64,000 nucleotides of DNA, taken from Octopus vulgaris. Lineage: Eukaryota. Position numbers and translations under genes: made by a program. The notes beneath the pieces were generated by a model. That model saw only the letters and a program-made list of their open reading frames with translations. It did not search any database and was not told the DNA's origin. Shown here piece after piece: positions 23,488 through 38,101 of the stretch (its first letter is position 1; the number at the start of each line of letters is the position of its first letter). The stretch lies in the NCBI GenBank assembly GCA_951406725.2, contig OX597818.1:61442001-61506000 (forward strand). Reading direction: 5' to 3'.

Positions 23488-26400
23488 GCCAAATAATTGG
23501 ATGACCCTAAGTTAACAACTGCAGAAGATTGCTCTACAAAGTCAATCTAGGTTGGATTTGAACATGGAATGCAAAAGGATTTAAATAAATCCTGCATGTT
23601 GTTCAATTCTATCAGCCACAGCCTAAGTAAGAATGAGAAATATCAATAAAACAGGATATCTTGACACAACCAATGAATATATAATGAATATACTAATCAC
23701 ATTTCTTATATTTTCGTCATATGTGAAAAAAATTCATTTACATATCTTTCTGTAAGAGATCATACCTAATTCCATTTTACACTTGGGTATAATGGTGAAA
23801 TATAGACATTAAGCTGAAGCCATACATTGAGAAGAATTAAATTCAACACAGTAAGCCAACAAATACTTTATCAATTTTAGGGTGCTGCTTCTTATGGTTG
23901 TATATCAGAGTGACAAGAAACACTTTTTTACTGGAACTCATAAACAATAATTTGTGACACAAATTTTGTGACACTTGATAAGTAAGAGGCTTAAAGTGTA
24001 TTAAGGAATTTGATTAACTCTACCAAATGTCAATGTTTTTCATCGATAAAGAGTTTCAAATGGTTTTGCTCAATGTCATGAAAGTTTCAGAATCAGTAAG
24101 GGAAAAAGAAGTATTAAGGATTTTTCGAAGGGTTTAGGGATAGCAAAAAAAAAAAAAAGAACATGCAAAAACACAGAAAATATATATATATATAAAAAAA
24201 GAAATTATATTGGCTATCATTTCATGAACAAGCAGAATTTTATGTCAGAAAATAATCCATTAACACTGTCAAGTTTATCATTCCAGCAGAAAATTCAATA
24301 TGATTCTGCCTTCAATTTCTGTAATACAGCCAAGAAATATATATCATCATAATCTACATCTGTTTTCCTATGCTGGAATAGATTGGATGAAACCTAAGTG
24401 AGACAAGTCTCAATGGTTGGACGCACTTCCTGTGGCCAACCCTAATTTGTTTTCCAAGGTAACTCCACTGGTCATCTACTGGAAAAAGGAAACAATGTTA
24501 CAGTCTTTCACTTAGTGCTAACATCTTTGTGTACACACATGCACACACTCTCTCATCACAGGCTTCCTTACAGTTTTCATCTATTTATTTTATTAACAAG
24601 TGATAGTAGGCCTTAGATATAGCTGATAGCACATGCCCAAGATTACTACCTTTATTCCCCATTGGGTATTGTATACTTATGACTACATTATATGTGGGGT
24701 TATTTTAAGGTAACTGATGTGATTTGAGAGAGATTTTGTTATTTTTTCATGCAGATCAAACATTGATGATAACTCTCATTGCTACAAGAGTCTTGCTTAT
24801 TTATTTGCTCCATAGCTCGAGGATTTGTTTTCTATTGAATAATAGTAATGAAAGATTATTAAATTGCAAAGAAAAATAGTAGAGAAGCCATGTTGTTATT
24901 AAGACATATTTTTATTAAAGTTACACTTATACAAGGTTGTTAAGCATCTTGTCATAGTGAACTTGGTAACCCATTCAGCTGTGACCTAATTCAAATGTTC
25001 CATGAGATTTGGATACAAAAAAACAGTCAAATGAATGTGAAAGTGAAAATAGAAGGATGTCTCTTCTGCAGGTAATTACATACATGTCTGAAATATTCAG
25101 GTAAATAGATGCAACCAATCAAAAACCAAGATTCACTACAAACCATTCAAAGTGAAATGGTTCTATTAGATGATAGCGCTATCAATCAAAAATCAGTAAA
25201 CAAAGTCGCTTGTAACCTCATCAGAAATATAACATTTGCCATATTGCTGAGAGCAAAACAATTGAAATTTATACAGCTACATACATATACAAACATACAT
25301 GTACCTCAAAAGCAGAACGCAGCTGTCTTCTATATATTGGCAGCTAACATATGTACAAAGAGAATATGAAATCCATTCTCCCTCCACACCGTACTCCAAG
25401 ACTGATTCAACCCACATTTCACAATAAACTGAAATGCAGAGCAATCAGTCATATTTTTACAATGCTGTAAGATGTATGCTTTTAAAGTGATCATGCCATT
25501 TAGTATTTTGACTTGCTTTAAGATTACTGAACAAAATCTGTAACAAAGTGAATTTAAAAGAATCAAACATAAATAGAAATGGCAAGACATGTATTTTTAC
25601 TATTAAGAATAAATACTTCACCAAGCCAGGTTCATGGTTCATGATAATCTAGCAAAATAAGAACATCTAGGAAAGATTTATTCTGACAAAATTAAGTGAG
25701 CTACTTAGTATAGCTTTTGAATATTTCCAGAGATCTGTCTAAATTCTCCCCCCACTTCCTTCTAATTATTTTCTATTGAAAAAAAAAATCAAGAATTACT
25801 ATACAAAAAAAAAAAACGAAAATTGTGAAAGAAGAAATTTAAATCCAGACAAAATATATCTACAATGAAAAAATAAAAAAAACGAACTTTAATATCAAAG
25901 CAAGTGAAGATTATGGTACGTTGTCTTAACATAAAACATAGAACAGGGTGGAGTAGAATGTGAGGGTCAATTAAGATAGGAAATAAACCAGTGGCATTGA
26001 TCTATATTCAGTTGAGCAATCAAGTAAAGATATCAATTTAATTTAATTTTCAATATTACAATAATTGCTTGACTGTAGTCAGTTGCGAACATTTGATTTT
26101 TTTTTTCTCTATATTATTGTTAGGCTGGTTTTTTTAAAAATGAGACAACATCCAATGAAGGTTTTTGATCAATTAAAATACACACCTTGCATCTATGTAT
26201 GTGTATATAAGAAGACAGAAACAGAAAGATGGGGGTGGTGGCAGAGAGAGACACAGAGAGAGAGAGAGGGAGAGAGATGGTGGCAGACACACAGACAGAA
26301 AAGATCATATTGAGAAGCTAACTTTAGTTTCACAAGTGAACAAGATGATGAAAGAGATTTCTAAATCAATATAACTTACAAGAACAACAAATATTATTAG

Positions 26401-26524
26401 ACATTCAGCAACAAAAATTTATGATAATTTTGTTTTGCTATTTTACATATATACATACACACACACACACACACACACAAACATATGCGTATGAGTCTCC
26501 ATACGTACATGCATGCACATCTTA

Positions 26525-26645
26525 TATGAAAATATATTTATATATATATATATGAGAATATATTTATATATTTATATATATATATATATGAGAATATATT
26601 TATATATATATATATGAGAATATATTTATATATATATATATGAGA

Positions 26646-26692
<47 letters not shown>

Positions 26693-26794
26693 ATATATTT
26701 ATATATATATATATGAGAATATATTTATATATATATATATGAGAATATATTTATATATATATCATCATCATCATCATCATCATCATCGTTTAAC

Positions 26795-26825
<31 letters not shown>

Positions 26826-26840
26826 ATATATATATATAGA
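26525..26840. repeat. (AT)n-GAGAATATATTT minisatellite followed by an (ATC)n/(GAT)n palindrome
   Basis: Directly visible tandem units and inverted trinucleotide arms. Confidence 0.9.
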
Positions 26841-27185
26841 ATATGAAATGTCCATAGGAGACACATTTATGATATTGCAGTAGCTTGATTGGTAGCAACA
26901 ATAATGGAAAGCAAGTTTCAAACCAACGATTGCAGTTAGTGGTATCAGCGCAAAATTCAAAGCTATACACAGGCATTTAATTTGGAAAAATCAATATTCT
27001 ATAGGTTCTTATTCTGAGACAATGTAATATTCTGTTAATTGCAATTTGTTCTATATTCAATAGTAAATAAAAACTATTTATGCTTAATAATATAAAATTT
27101 ACTTAATAGTAAAACACAAGAAGGAAATTTCAGTTAAGTTGCATTTCATGTTATTTTTCTTGTTGAAGATATTTATTGTGAATGC

Positions 27186-27216
<31 letters not shown>

Positions 27217-27480
27217 TGATAGATTGCGTATGTATACATGTATGATTGCATAAATATACAGCATGTCCTATTTTCTGAATAGGTGCACCATGGCCTTCCA
27301 TAATATAAGAGTTGACTAAAGCAGTTGTTGACAAGAACACCCCCCCCCCACAAAACACTATTCAGAAACACAGTCCAACACTTAATGAAAGAGCAGACAA
27401 GATGTCACTGGAAAAAGAGGAAGCTGTGTAATGTCACCATCACTTTAAAGTTCAATTTTCCATGCTTTAATGTATCAGAT

Positions 27481-27796
27481 CAGCGGTTCTCGACCAGGGT
27501 TCACATAAGATTTGTGGGTGGAGGCCATGCTGGGAAAATAGTAAATTAGGGAGCCACAGTATTATCTTAAGGAGCCTATGGAAAGTTTTGATTTAAATGT
27601 ATAGTAAAAAACAGCTAGGTGTCTTTCTGTAACATTTTACATAGTTCAACCTACAGAAGCGAATGAATGAAAAACAGAATAGAATTTTGGAAGTATCTAT
27701 AAAACTAGTTTTTTAAAGAGGCTATGGGGGTCCACTAAACTAAAAATAGTGAACAAAAGAGGTGCATAGGTAAAACAAAATGGTTGAGAACCACTG
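27481..27796. mobile_element. hAT (Charlie/MER5-like) MITE
   Basis: Termini CAGCGGTTCTCGACC ... GGTTGAGAACCACTG; no clear 8-bp TSD. Confidence 0.7.
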
Positions 27797-28533
27797 TGTT
27801 GATGCTGATTTTCTATCATATGCTCATCCGATTGCCAACCTACACTGGTTTCTAAACAAGAGTGATGTCTTCCTGATTCCTTTGAACATTAACAATTCAA
27901 TGGCCTGATATACTATCACTACTAATTGTAAGCAAACATCACTGTCATACTGACCGTGATTGCTTATAATTAGTAAACAATATATATATATGTATATACA
28001 TATCATATATGTTTTATCTATTATTTTGCACATTACTTAATCATCATTATATTTTTCATCTTATATTTAAATTTTCTATAATATGTAACTTTCTAGATGG
28101 GGTAATTTAATTTTCATTATCGAATTGATAACAGGTGTTTTTTTTCTAATTTATATATATATATATTATACACACACACATAGACCTTCATGAGTCTTCA
28201 TGAGTCTTTTTTTGAGTGTGTGCACACACACGGATTTTGATAGTTGCTTGCTGATTGTACGCAAAAACAGTGGTCTTATAAATGGTGCCATTTTGTTTTC
28301 AGTCCTCAATAAAACCATGTCTGATCATTGATCTGATCATTGTTCAAAGAATGAGAAGAAAAATCAACTTGTTTATAAACACATGAAGGTTGGCAGGAAG
28401 AAGAGCATTCAGCCACTGAAAATAGTTTTGTCTGGCTTATATAAACATGTTAAAGTCTATGTAAAATGATAATTGGCACACACAGATACATATCCATAGA
28501 TTCTTGTGGCAAAGTAAAATATGTATATGTATG

Positions 28534-28566
<33 letters not shown>

Positions 28567-29397
28567 CAAATGAAAATAAATGTAGAAAAGCTTGAAAATA
28601 AGTGCAAAGATGTAAATGAATAGTTAACAAACATATGTAATATGCAAGAGAATTTGTATAAAATATTTCATATCAAACAGGATCTAATTTTCTTTTGTAT
28701 GTAGATCTATGTAATGTTTAAAAATATATATTAAGATCGGTTTGTATTGTAGCACAAACATCTGCATCACTTAATTAGTTTTATGAGATATTTCCTAAAT
28801 CTATCAAGTTTGCAGCCATTCATATTATATGACACTTAGCTAAGAAACCATCTTAATAAAGTCTTTTTATTTCTGCAGGAAATCTTTTAAGCACAAAATA
28901 GCATACATATCCTGACAATTCTTTACTATTCAGTCCCATCACATGCTGCTATGAAGATGGGATAAAATTATTGTTATATTGCTCTAATTTAATTCTATGT
29001 CCTGACTAAGTATTGAACTAAATTTAGTGACTCTGCATTATTTCGTGCGTTCGCCTAGTGTCCTTTTAAAGTGAACTTTCGACTGCTTTCTTAATTTGCA
29101 TACTAGTTTATTTCATAAGCAGCGTGATACATTTTGCACGTGGCTCTTTGGGTTATAGTTTTTTTTGTTTTTTTCCTATAAATCAGTGTGCATTTTTGAG
29201 TATATATTGCATTGTATTTGCTCACATATTCTCTCCATTATTGGCCTGCATTCGAGTAATGTGTAAGCAATAGGATCACATGTGGTCGTATCGTGTAGGA
29301 AATATGATCGCACGTGGTTCTACTCTTAATGAATTATTACAAGCCATAAATACATGCAGTAACAATAGAACATAAGTGAATTGACGACAGGTCTTGC

Positions 29398-29908
29398 TGT
29401 TGAGATATAAATATTGTTTATTTTACAATCGTGTCAACATTAGGAGTTTGTAAGCGTTCGCATGTCTTGTGTCTGTGTGTTCGTGTGTGTGGCAGGACAA
29501 TCAGGGTGAATGCGGCTGGCATAGAAGGCACATGATGGTGGCGACGGGGAAGATAGTAGACTTTCTATGATTGTGTACATTGGCGTAGCCGGTAGTAGCC
29601 GGAACAATCGTATATTGCTTGGTTGAGTAACGCTGTGGCCTAAAGTTAGTTCTTAGAAGAACTGGAACTAAAAGACGAAAAGTGTCTGAAAACATTCCTT
29701 TATATACCGGTTGGTTGGCTCAAACGAGCCTCAAAAACGGAATCTTAACCAAAGGCTGTGATTGGTTATTTCAGGACAGTGGCACGAAATAAGTAGAGAC
29801 AAATCGCGTCATGTGTCAACCAATCAGGTTAGTGTTTACAACAGGAACTAGTTGGCCAGAGATGGCTTTAACCTCAAACGAGATCATTTCTTGCCTTGCC
29901 TTTCAACA
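29398..29908 (-). mobile_element. Solo LTR of an LTR retrotransposon (511 bp)
   Basis: TGTTGA...TCAACA termini; on the minus strand in order: CCAAT (29765-29761), TATATAAA (29706-29699), AATAAA (29422-29417); CpG-rich; no TSD seen. Confidence 0.7.
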
Positions 29909-30869
29909 GTGACAATATTAGAAATCGCTATAGTCATATTTCAAAATGGCTGAAACTGCCATGCTACAATCCGAGTTAATAATTCTGTATTAAAACATAA
30001 TCATTCTTACTTTATTTTAGGAGAATTATCAAAAAACAAAAGAATTTCCTTCCATGTATCAATGCATACCCATCCTAATGGTGTAATGATACTTGCTGAA
30101 GCTAAGGGTTTCAGAAAGGGCTCAGTGATAGAAGGATAAAATTAAGTGTCAAGTAAGTAATCTGATAATGATATAAGTCATAGACTCCAACAAACCATTC
30201 TAGTAACAGACATATTGTTTCATAATGGGAGGGACACTGCCATTTTGCCTTGGAGTTAATTGCTTCTAAACTTTGATTAACAAGTATTCCTAACTCAAGT
30301 TTTGAAGAATTAATTAATCTACAACCTATATAGTACATATATAAACAGAGATAATTAAGCTGTTTCTCATTCTAATACCACAACACCTCTTCCTAAACCT
30401 CACCTCCCATCAAATGTTAAACAGTTTATTTGCATAAGAAATTGCAAATTTCCTGATATTCAAATATACTCTGTATGTTGCACTGGTTGCACTTGCGTAT
30501 GTTGCATTAGTTGCAACACCAATGAGAATACAGTATCAGAATGTAATGAATTTAGCATCTCTCGATGAAATTTAATACATTATCTCTTACAATTGAAATC
30601 ATTCATAAATATCTGATCACTTCTCATACGAATGCAGCTTCCTCACCCTTAAGAAGTCACAAATAAAACTGAGTGAGTCTTAGCATAATTAGTTGCTGAT
30701 TAATCCCAGCTCAGATCTGCTTAAGCAATCTTATGATCAAAACATACTCTAAACTTGATCGCCTCATCTTTAGGGTCTGTGTTGGACTTCTTTATCCAGC
30801 AAGTCCTTTCATTTTTCAGGATGGCAGGATGTGGTTTTTATGAATAACTTGGCTTCTATTTCTAGTAGG

Positions 30870-31099
30870 TTAACCATTTCATTACCATATTTATTTTGAA
30901 ATGCTCTGTTTTTCTTTCAATTAATTTTAAATATAACAAAGAATTTAGTAAAATAACTTAGTTATCATTCAGCTAGTGTTAGGAACATAAATTGTGACTA
31001 AGGTTCGGTGGAAGATTTTAATTCAAAACTTATGAAAACAAGACATTTGTATTATAGAACCAGAGCCGGTTTCAGCCGGGTTGGTAATGAAAGGGTTAA
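30870..31099 (-). mobile_element. TTAA/piggyBac-type MITE family M2
   Basis: TTAAccatttcattacc ... ggtaatgaaagggTTAA; reverse-complement homolog of 46023-46246. Confidence 0.85.
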
Positions 31100-32883
31100 G
31101 CAAGCATGTAACAATCTCACCATTGAGATAAGTGATATGCACTGGTATTGTCTACAAACTGCAGTGTGGTTTCGGGACTTAATTTGCTACAAGTCTACTG
31201 TACTGCCACTGAATTACCAATTTATATTAACTAAGATCATTGATTATTTTGATAGAATATATTAATATTTATCGTATAATAGAATATTAAAATCTTCACC
31301 ATATTTATAATGTTACACTGTTGTCATCAACAAAATCTAATTTGAATTTTCAACTTGCATTTTTAAGCAATTAAATTCATATAATGACTGTTGTTGCAGA
31401 ATATATGTGAAAAGAGCATAGTAATCTTGCCATACGCAATTGCTGTCTGCAAAATATTGTGTAATAAGCAAAAACATTAAAGGTTAAAGGAAATTATCAT
31501 ATAAATCATTATTATGAATTATTGACACTTTCCTCATTTATATTCTTGATATTTTATAACATTTTCTCACAATTTACCAAATTAGTTTTTTTTTTTACTT
31601 TTTTTTTGTTTTTTTCTTTATGAAGGAGTATCAACATAATTTTCCTACAAAAAAATAATTTTTTGACAAGTTTCTCCAAACAATAGTAATAGTCCATTCA
31701 TGCCCGGATTTTGCTTAAAAAAAAAACAAAACATTGTTTTGTTTGTGTGTGTGTGATCTGACCCCCCCCCCCTATTTTTTTTTTATTTTGCATACTTGGT
31801 ACAAGGACTCTTATGGAGAAAGGAGCAGGAAATCACTCCAGTATCTTCAGAAAATCTTTTCAGATCACTAGAAGTTCATCACTCAGTCCATAACAGACCC
31901 AAAAAATAAATATAATAAATAAATATTTAAATAAAATAAGAATAATAAACAAAAATGTTAACATATTATGAACTTGCTAATAATACACACTTCTGCCAAG
32001 TATGTAACAGATTAAATTTTCTCTACCATCAAACCTACAGTACCATTTTAAATTTGTTCTGTTATTTTGTACATCACAAAGCTTTTCAAAACATTTGCCT
32101 TACTTCGTTTTGTTATTAAACATTAATAGCAAAACCCATTTTAGCTTAAAGGCCGTACATATGAATCAAGAGTAATACTTTGAAAAATTTACCAAAGTAA
32201 GCATTATGCACTTCTTGAAGCCATTAAAAACGATGATGTAACATTATTTCAAACTGAAGTTAGGAAACTAAAATGCCCCTAACAATACCAATGATCAGAC
32301 CTGAGCACGTTTGCAGGGTCAGTTTAGAGAGGACATTAATGTCAACTTCAGCTAATCTTTTCATTGAACCCTTGGACATTTTCATAACTTGTTTTTAATG
32401 GTGAAGCTTGAAATAGATAAGGCTATAGATAATAGAGTGTATGTAGAATATTGGATATGTAAGAAAAAAAACGGAAGGCTGCCCAGGAGCATGAACCCAT
32501 ATCTTCAAACATTACAGACATTCCAACCATTATAGCAAAACAATCCTTTTGAACCTTGCCCAGCCATTTTAGAAGCTTTGTTCTTACCAGCAGAAATTGT
32601 ACATTGCTTACATCATAAGAATTTATAAACTCTAAGAGGTTTGAAATCAATAATTTTTAATGGTGGAATTCAAGAGTAGATGAAGTTATAAATTCTAGCA
32701 TGTGAAGACTACTGGGTTTTCAAAACACTTGGATGAGGAGGGAGAAAAACTATAAAGAAAGGTTTCCTGTGGGCATTTATTCAAACTTTATTCTATCTTC
32801 CGATATTAAGCTTTTCATTCTAGTCTAACATGACAATTTGCTGAAAATTTCACGAAGATCTACAAAACATAAACAGGTTTATA

Positions 32884-33285
32884 GGCATAGGAGTGGCTGT
32901 GTGGTAAGTAGCTTGTTTAACAACCACATGGTTCCGGGTTCAGTTCCACTGCATGGCACCTTGAGCAAGTGTCTTCTACTATAGCTTCAGGCCGACCAAA
33001 GCCTTGTGAGTGGATTCAGTAGATGGAAACTGAAAGAAACCTGTCGTATATATGTATATATATATATGTATGTGTTTGTATTTCTGGGTTTGTCCCGCCA
33101 GCATCGCTTGACAACTGATGCTGGTTTGTTTACATCCCCGTAACTTAGTGTTTCGGCAAAAGAGACCGATAGAATAAGTACTAGGCTTACAAAGAATAAG
33201 ACCTGGGGTCGATTTGCTCGACTAAAAGTGGTGCTCCAGCATGGCCACAGTTACATGACTGAAACAAGTAAAAGAGTAAAAGAGG
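32884..33285 (+). mobile_element. SINE family B, full length
   Basis: ggcataggagtggctgtgtgg ... gactgaaacaagtaaaagagtaaaagag. Confidence 0.92.
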
Positions 33286-33931
33286 TTTAAATTTTTTCTG
33301 AAAAAACAAAAATGAAATTTCACAAAAGTCCTAAAAGTGATTTCTAACAAAGTCAACTTTTTCTTTTTCTTTTATTTGGTAGGGAAACACAGAGTTGTAG
33401 TTGGTTATATAGACCCATTAATTTGACAGGTACTCATTTCATTACCACCTGCCAAAGGATGAAATCTAAAAGCACTAATTTCTCAATACTCAACATCAAG
33501 TGTAATCATAAATCTTTAAGACTAAGGTAGCCACAGCTTCTAGAGATCAAGGACACATTCAGGAAAAAACCAAAGCAACAACAGATAAAAAAAAATATGC
33601 TTGACATTTTTTCTTCCCCTGACAAAATGCAATTTACTTGTTATGCTAACATACATCAATAGGAAAGTAGAGTTTCTTTTATGGCTCAGATAATCAGCAG
33701 TTGCTGACAGTTTCTTGTATGGTAAATAGGACTAATGCAAGCTATGAGAAAATGCTTTTTATGCAAAATAAACTGCCAGACAGAAGAAAGAAACTCTAAA
33801 ATTATAGGTAAGTCTGCACAAACATACTCTACGGTAAGTTGTCAATAACAATTTGAAAAACAATCTGAAAATTATAATTCTTATTATAGATTTCATTTAT
33901 TGTTTCTTTAAAGCAAAAAATGTTATACTCT

Positions 33932-33962
33932 TATATACATATATATATATATATATATATAC

Positions 33963-33993
<31 letters not shown>

Positions 33994-34025
33994 TATATAT
34001 ACACATACATACATACATACATACA

Positions 34026-34083
<58 letters not shown>

Positions 34084-34084
34084 C

Positions 34085-34135
<51 letters not shown>

Positions 34136-34170
34136 TATATTACACATACTCTATCTCTCTCTCACACACA
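33932..34170. repeat. Compound (TA)n/(TACA)n microsatellite
   Basis: Directly visible; it produces the YI/HT/CM ORFs. Confidence 0.95.
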
Positions 34171-35019
34171 AACAGAGCATCAAATATTGCAATGTCTTAC
34201 ATAATCAATCTGAATACTGGAAACTGTTTCAAGGAAATGTATGAAAAGCAGTCATATCTATAATATAGAAACCAATATTATTTTCCACAGAAAATAATAG
34301 AATTTTTAAAAAATCAAAACTGACACTTAAAACTGTTATCCTGATTGAAGAATCAATATCTAATTTTCGCTTACATACACCGAGACTTGGAGAAATTTGA
34401 AGTTTACAGAGTTCACATTTTAATTCTTTTAGTAAATTACTTCTCATGGCTATATATTTTCAGTAAAAAAAAAATGGGGGCTTTAAATGTTTCTAAATAT
34501 TAAAAGAAAAAAAAGATTTTAAGGCGAATACTTACATATACAAGGATATTTGCAACAACATAATGCTAAGAATATAATCCTTAAATGTGCACAAAATTTA
34601 AGGATGTGCACAAAATATTTTCCTTCTGTTTTCAAAAATTAGATTTCTGATGTTTCATTAACAGCCTTTCTTTGTATATTTTATTTCATGCAAACAATCC
34701 TAATGTAAGTAGAAGAATATCTTAAAAGCCAGATTCAATGCAAAATGTGTTCCCAAGTCAAATTTTCGTGCATTATGGATGTCAAACAGAAATGTTTCCA
34801 GAGGAAATGATGACTGACAGCACAAAAGGTGGTGAAATATTTATAGTTCATTTCTTATTTAATTACAGAAGCTGAATAGTGCCATAGCTAGAAGAATGAT
34901 GGAGGGATGAATGATAAGAAAATTAGATGTGGAGAGAAGGCTAATCGGGAATGGATTGGGTGTGCAGTCCAGGTGAGTGTATAGGCATAAATTTAATGCT
35001 TTAAAACATCAAAACAATT

Positions 35020-35380
35020 GCCAGTCATCTCAGTACTTTGTCATCTTCATGAAGCTTAACATCCTGAGCTGTTGATCTTTACTACTTCATCCCATGTCAT
35101 TCTGTGTCTTTTTCTCTACAGGTTCCAATCAAAATTAGCAATTAACATTTCTTAATGCAGCTGTCCTTATCCATATGCATCACATTACCATACCATTGTC
35201 GCACCCTGCTCATAACATCTGATTATTTGCAGTTGGTCACAAATAAACACTTGCATTTGCACATCCAATAAAGCATGTAAGCTTCACTTTTCAAGTCTTT
35301 GCTCATTCTCTGTATTCAGTTTTGCTCTTTTCACACAAGTATCATAGAATCTACCTTTCCCTCTGAGAAGTAACATATCT
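35020..35380 (-). mobile_element. Decayed RTE LINE 3' fragment
   Basis: Minus translation contains RQWYGNVMHMD, resembling RLRWYGHVMRM; similar to 61060-61350. Confidence 0.55.
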
Positions 35381-35933
35381 CTCTCTCTCTCTCTCATATA
35401 TCAGACACACACACAAACACACAATTATATCTATGCATACATATACACACATATATACATAAATACAGTTAGAGGAAGAGATAGATGCATAGAAGTTCTA
35501 GTAAAAGAAAGCCAATGCCATGGATTTTAGATAGTTACAGAATGCAATAGAAATTTACATGTAGCATCTGACAGCCTGACAGCCTGACATACATACATAC
35601 AGACACATATGTGTTTGTATTTATCTATACAAATGCAGGTGATTATCTGTATGAATTATCTGTAGGAATGTGTATGTCTGTCTGTACATACAGGTCTTTA
35701 TAAACATTATCATTTCTCAGTTTTTTTCTTCATACATGAATTGGTTGGCCTATAATATATACACAGACAGACAGATGGGGTTGTATGTTTGAATGTTTAA
35801 AAAGTCCATTTGCAAGCAAGTGGTTGTGGGATCAGTCCCACAGCAGTGGTACCTTTGCCAGGTGTCTTCATCTATAGTAGTAGGTTAACTGAAGCTTTGG
35901 AAGCAAATTTGGTTCCAAGAAACTGGAAAAATC

Positions 35934-36151
35934 AAGGCGGCAAGCTGGCAGAAACGTTAGCACACTGGGCAAAATGCTTAGCGGTATTTTGTCTGCTGTT
36001 ACGCTCTGAGTTCAAATTCCGCCGTGATCAACTTTGCCTTTCCTCCTTTCAGGGTTGATACATTAAGTACCAGTTACACACTGGGGTCGATGTAATCGGC
36101 TTAATCCCTTTGTCCCCTTTGTGTTTAGCCCCTTGTGGGCAGCAAAGAAAT
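35934..36151 (+). mobile_element. SINE family C nested in an old family B copy
   Basis: ggcggcaagctggcagaaacgttagc...gagttcaaattcc (B box)...; 17-bp TSD aagaaactggaaaaatc at 35917-35933 and 36152-36168. Confidence 0.9.
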
Positions 36152-36374
36152 AAGAAACTGGAAAAATCTTGCCATACACATATACACAACCAGGAGTGAT
36201 GTGGCTAGATGCAGGTATGGCTGCGTGGCACCTTGCATGTGTTTCCTACTGTAGGTCTGGACCAACTAAAGCCTTGGTTGGTCAATGGAAATTGAAAGAA
36301 GCCCCCTCTCTGTACATGCATGCTTCTATCTTCTTTACATCACATGCAAACTATAGACAAATTTTATAGGCGTA

Positions 36375-36722
36375 TTCGTGACCCAAGTGTAATCGTTGCC
36401 AGAGTGGCTATCTGGCTTCCATGCCAGTGGCACGTAAAAATCACCATTAGAGCATGATCGTTACCAGCATCGCCTTCCTGGCACCTGTGCCAGTGGTATG
36501 TGTAAAAGTTTCAAGCGAGGTCATTGCCAGTACCGCCTGACTGGCCCCCATGCAGGTGGCACATAAAAGCACCCACTACACTCTCGGAGTGGTTGGTGTT
36601 AGGAAGGGCACTACCAGATCAAGATTGAAGCCTGGTGCAGCTATTTGGTTCGCCAGCCCTCAGTCAAAATCGTCCAACCCATGCTAGCAGGGAAAGCGGA
36701 CGTTAAACGAAACGATGATGAT
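36375..36722 (+). mobile_element. SINE-like family A copy
   Basis: GGCAC modules, conserved core, acgttaaacgaaacgatgatg tail. Confidence 0.88.
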
Positions 36723-37930
36723 ACAAATGATGTTGTTTGTTTGCGACCTTCTGTGCAAACATGTTCAGATTGGGGGAAATTATTAGCTTTCTTCAGAATT
36801 GCTGAAAAAGCATAGAGCTGTAGAAAGATACTTGTTTATGCAAATCTGGCCTGACCCATGCCAGCAAGAAGTAGGCAATAAAGAGAAAGCAAATCGATAG
36901 ATACATGTATGTATATATAATGGAACAAGAGATCAAAAATTTAAATATTAATTGCTTTTCCAATTCTTTATATACAAATACCTCCTTTACTGCCAGGCAA
37001 GAGAATCTCCTAATTCATGTTGAATAGTTTTGTTAAGATATTTCCATACATAATTCATCCATATATTTCCAGACAATGAATTCAAAAAGAAATTTCTTTT
37101 TTTATTTTAATTTCTATTCTGAACTGCTTCTCAAATCCACAAGTAAATTGGCTATTATAATCTTTAGATGTGTTAGAAATATATATTAACAAAAAAGAAA
37201 AAAAATTAAAAATAAAAAAAAAAAAAGAATGAATGAAAAACAGTAACCTTTTAATTTGTCAAATAATATTTCAGTAGAGATCGCAATATCTAAGTGCCAT
37301 ATTCATTTTCACGATGTGATTTGTATGCTCTGAGATGAAAGCTATCATATGAAATCTAAAGTAACAATTCCATACCCACTCCTTTCTCTTTTATTTCCTC
37401 GACACACCAGCTAGCTCACTCTTTAAGCTCTGGCTCAAAGACGTAGTTTTTGAAATTACAGAATTAGTGATTGAAGATTAATATCCAATAGTTATTAAAT
37501 GTTAAACATTCTATGTTTTATTCTGTACCTGCCTCTAAGCTAAGTTTAAAGATGAAAATAAAATATTTTGAAAAAATCAATTTCCTTATCAACTCTTAAA
37601 TTTCGCCAACAAAATATATAATCAAGCCAATTATTTCAGTAGAACAGCTGCAAAGATGTATGTGAGCGTATGATTTGCATGAGTACAGGCATGCCTGTGC
37701 GGGGTTTAAAGTGTACTTCACAACTACATCGTTCCAAGTTTGATCCCATCAACCAAGTGTCTTATTCCTCCACAGCCACTGTGCCTTGAATGTGAAATTT
37801 GACAAATGAAAACCGACATGTTAAGCCATTGTGTATATATATATATATATATTAGGGAATAAATCCAAACTTACAAGGAAAAATTAGATTTAGGATTAAA
37901 TCCAATTTTATAGTATAAATATATTATATT

Positions 37931-38101
37931 ATATTATATTAAATTAGAGATAAAACCACTATTAGGCAAATCAAACAGTGAAAAACATAAGCCAATACAT
38001 AAAATTAATTAAAAAATATAAAAGTTAAAAATTAAAAAATTATTTAAATAAATTAAACTTCACTAATTGATTTGCCTAATAGTGGTTTTATCTCTAATTT
38101 A

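Noticed and set aside
25304-25428. Minus-strand exon candidate (YCEMWVESVLEYGVEGEW...)
   Set aside because: Weak donor and no recognisable homology
33853-34263. Overlapping YI/HT-rich ORFs
   Set aside because: Translations of a TA/TACA microsatellite
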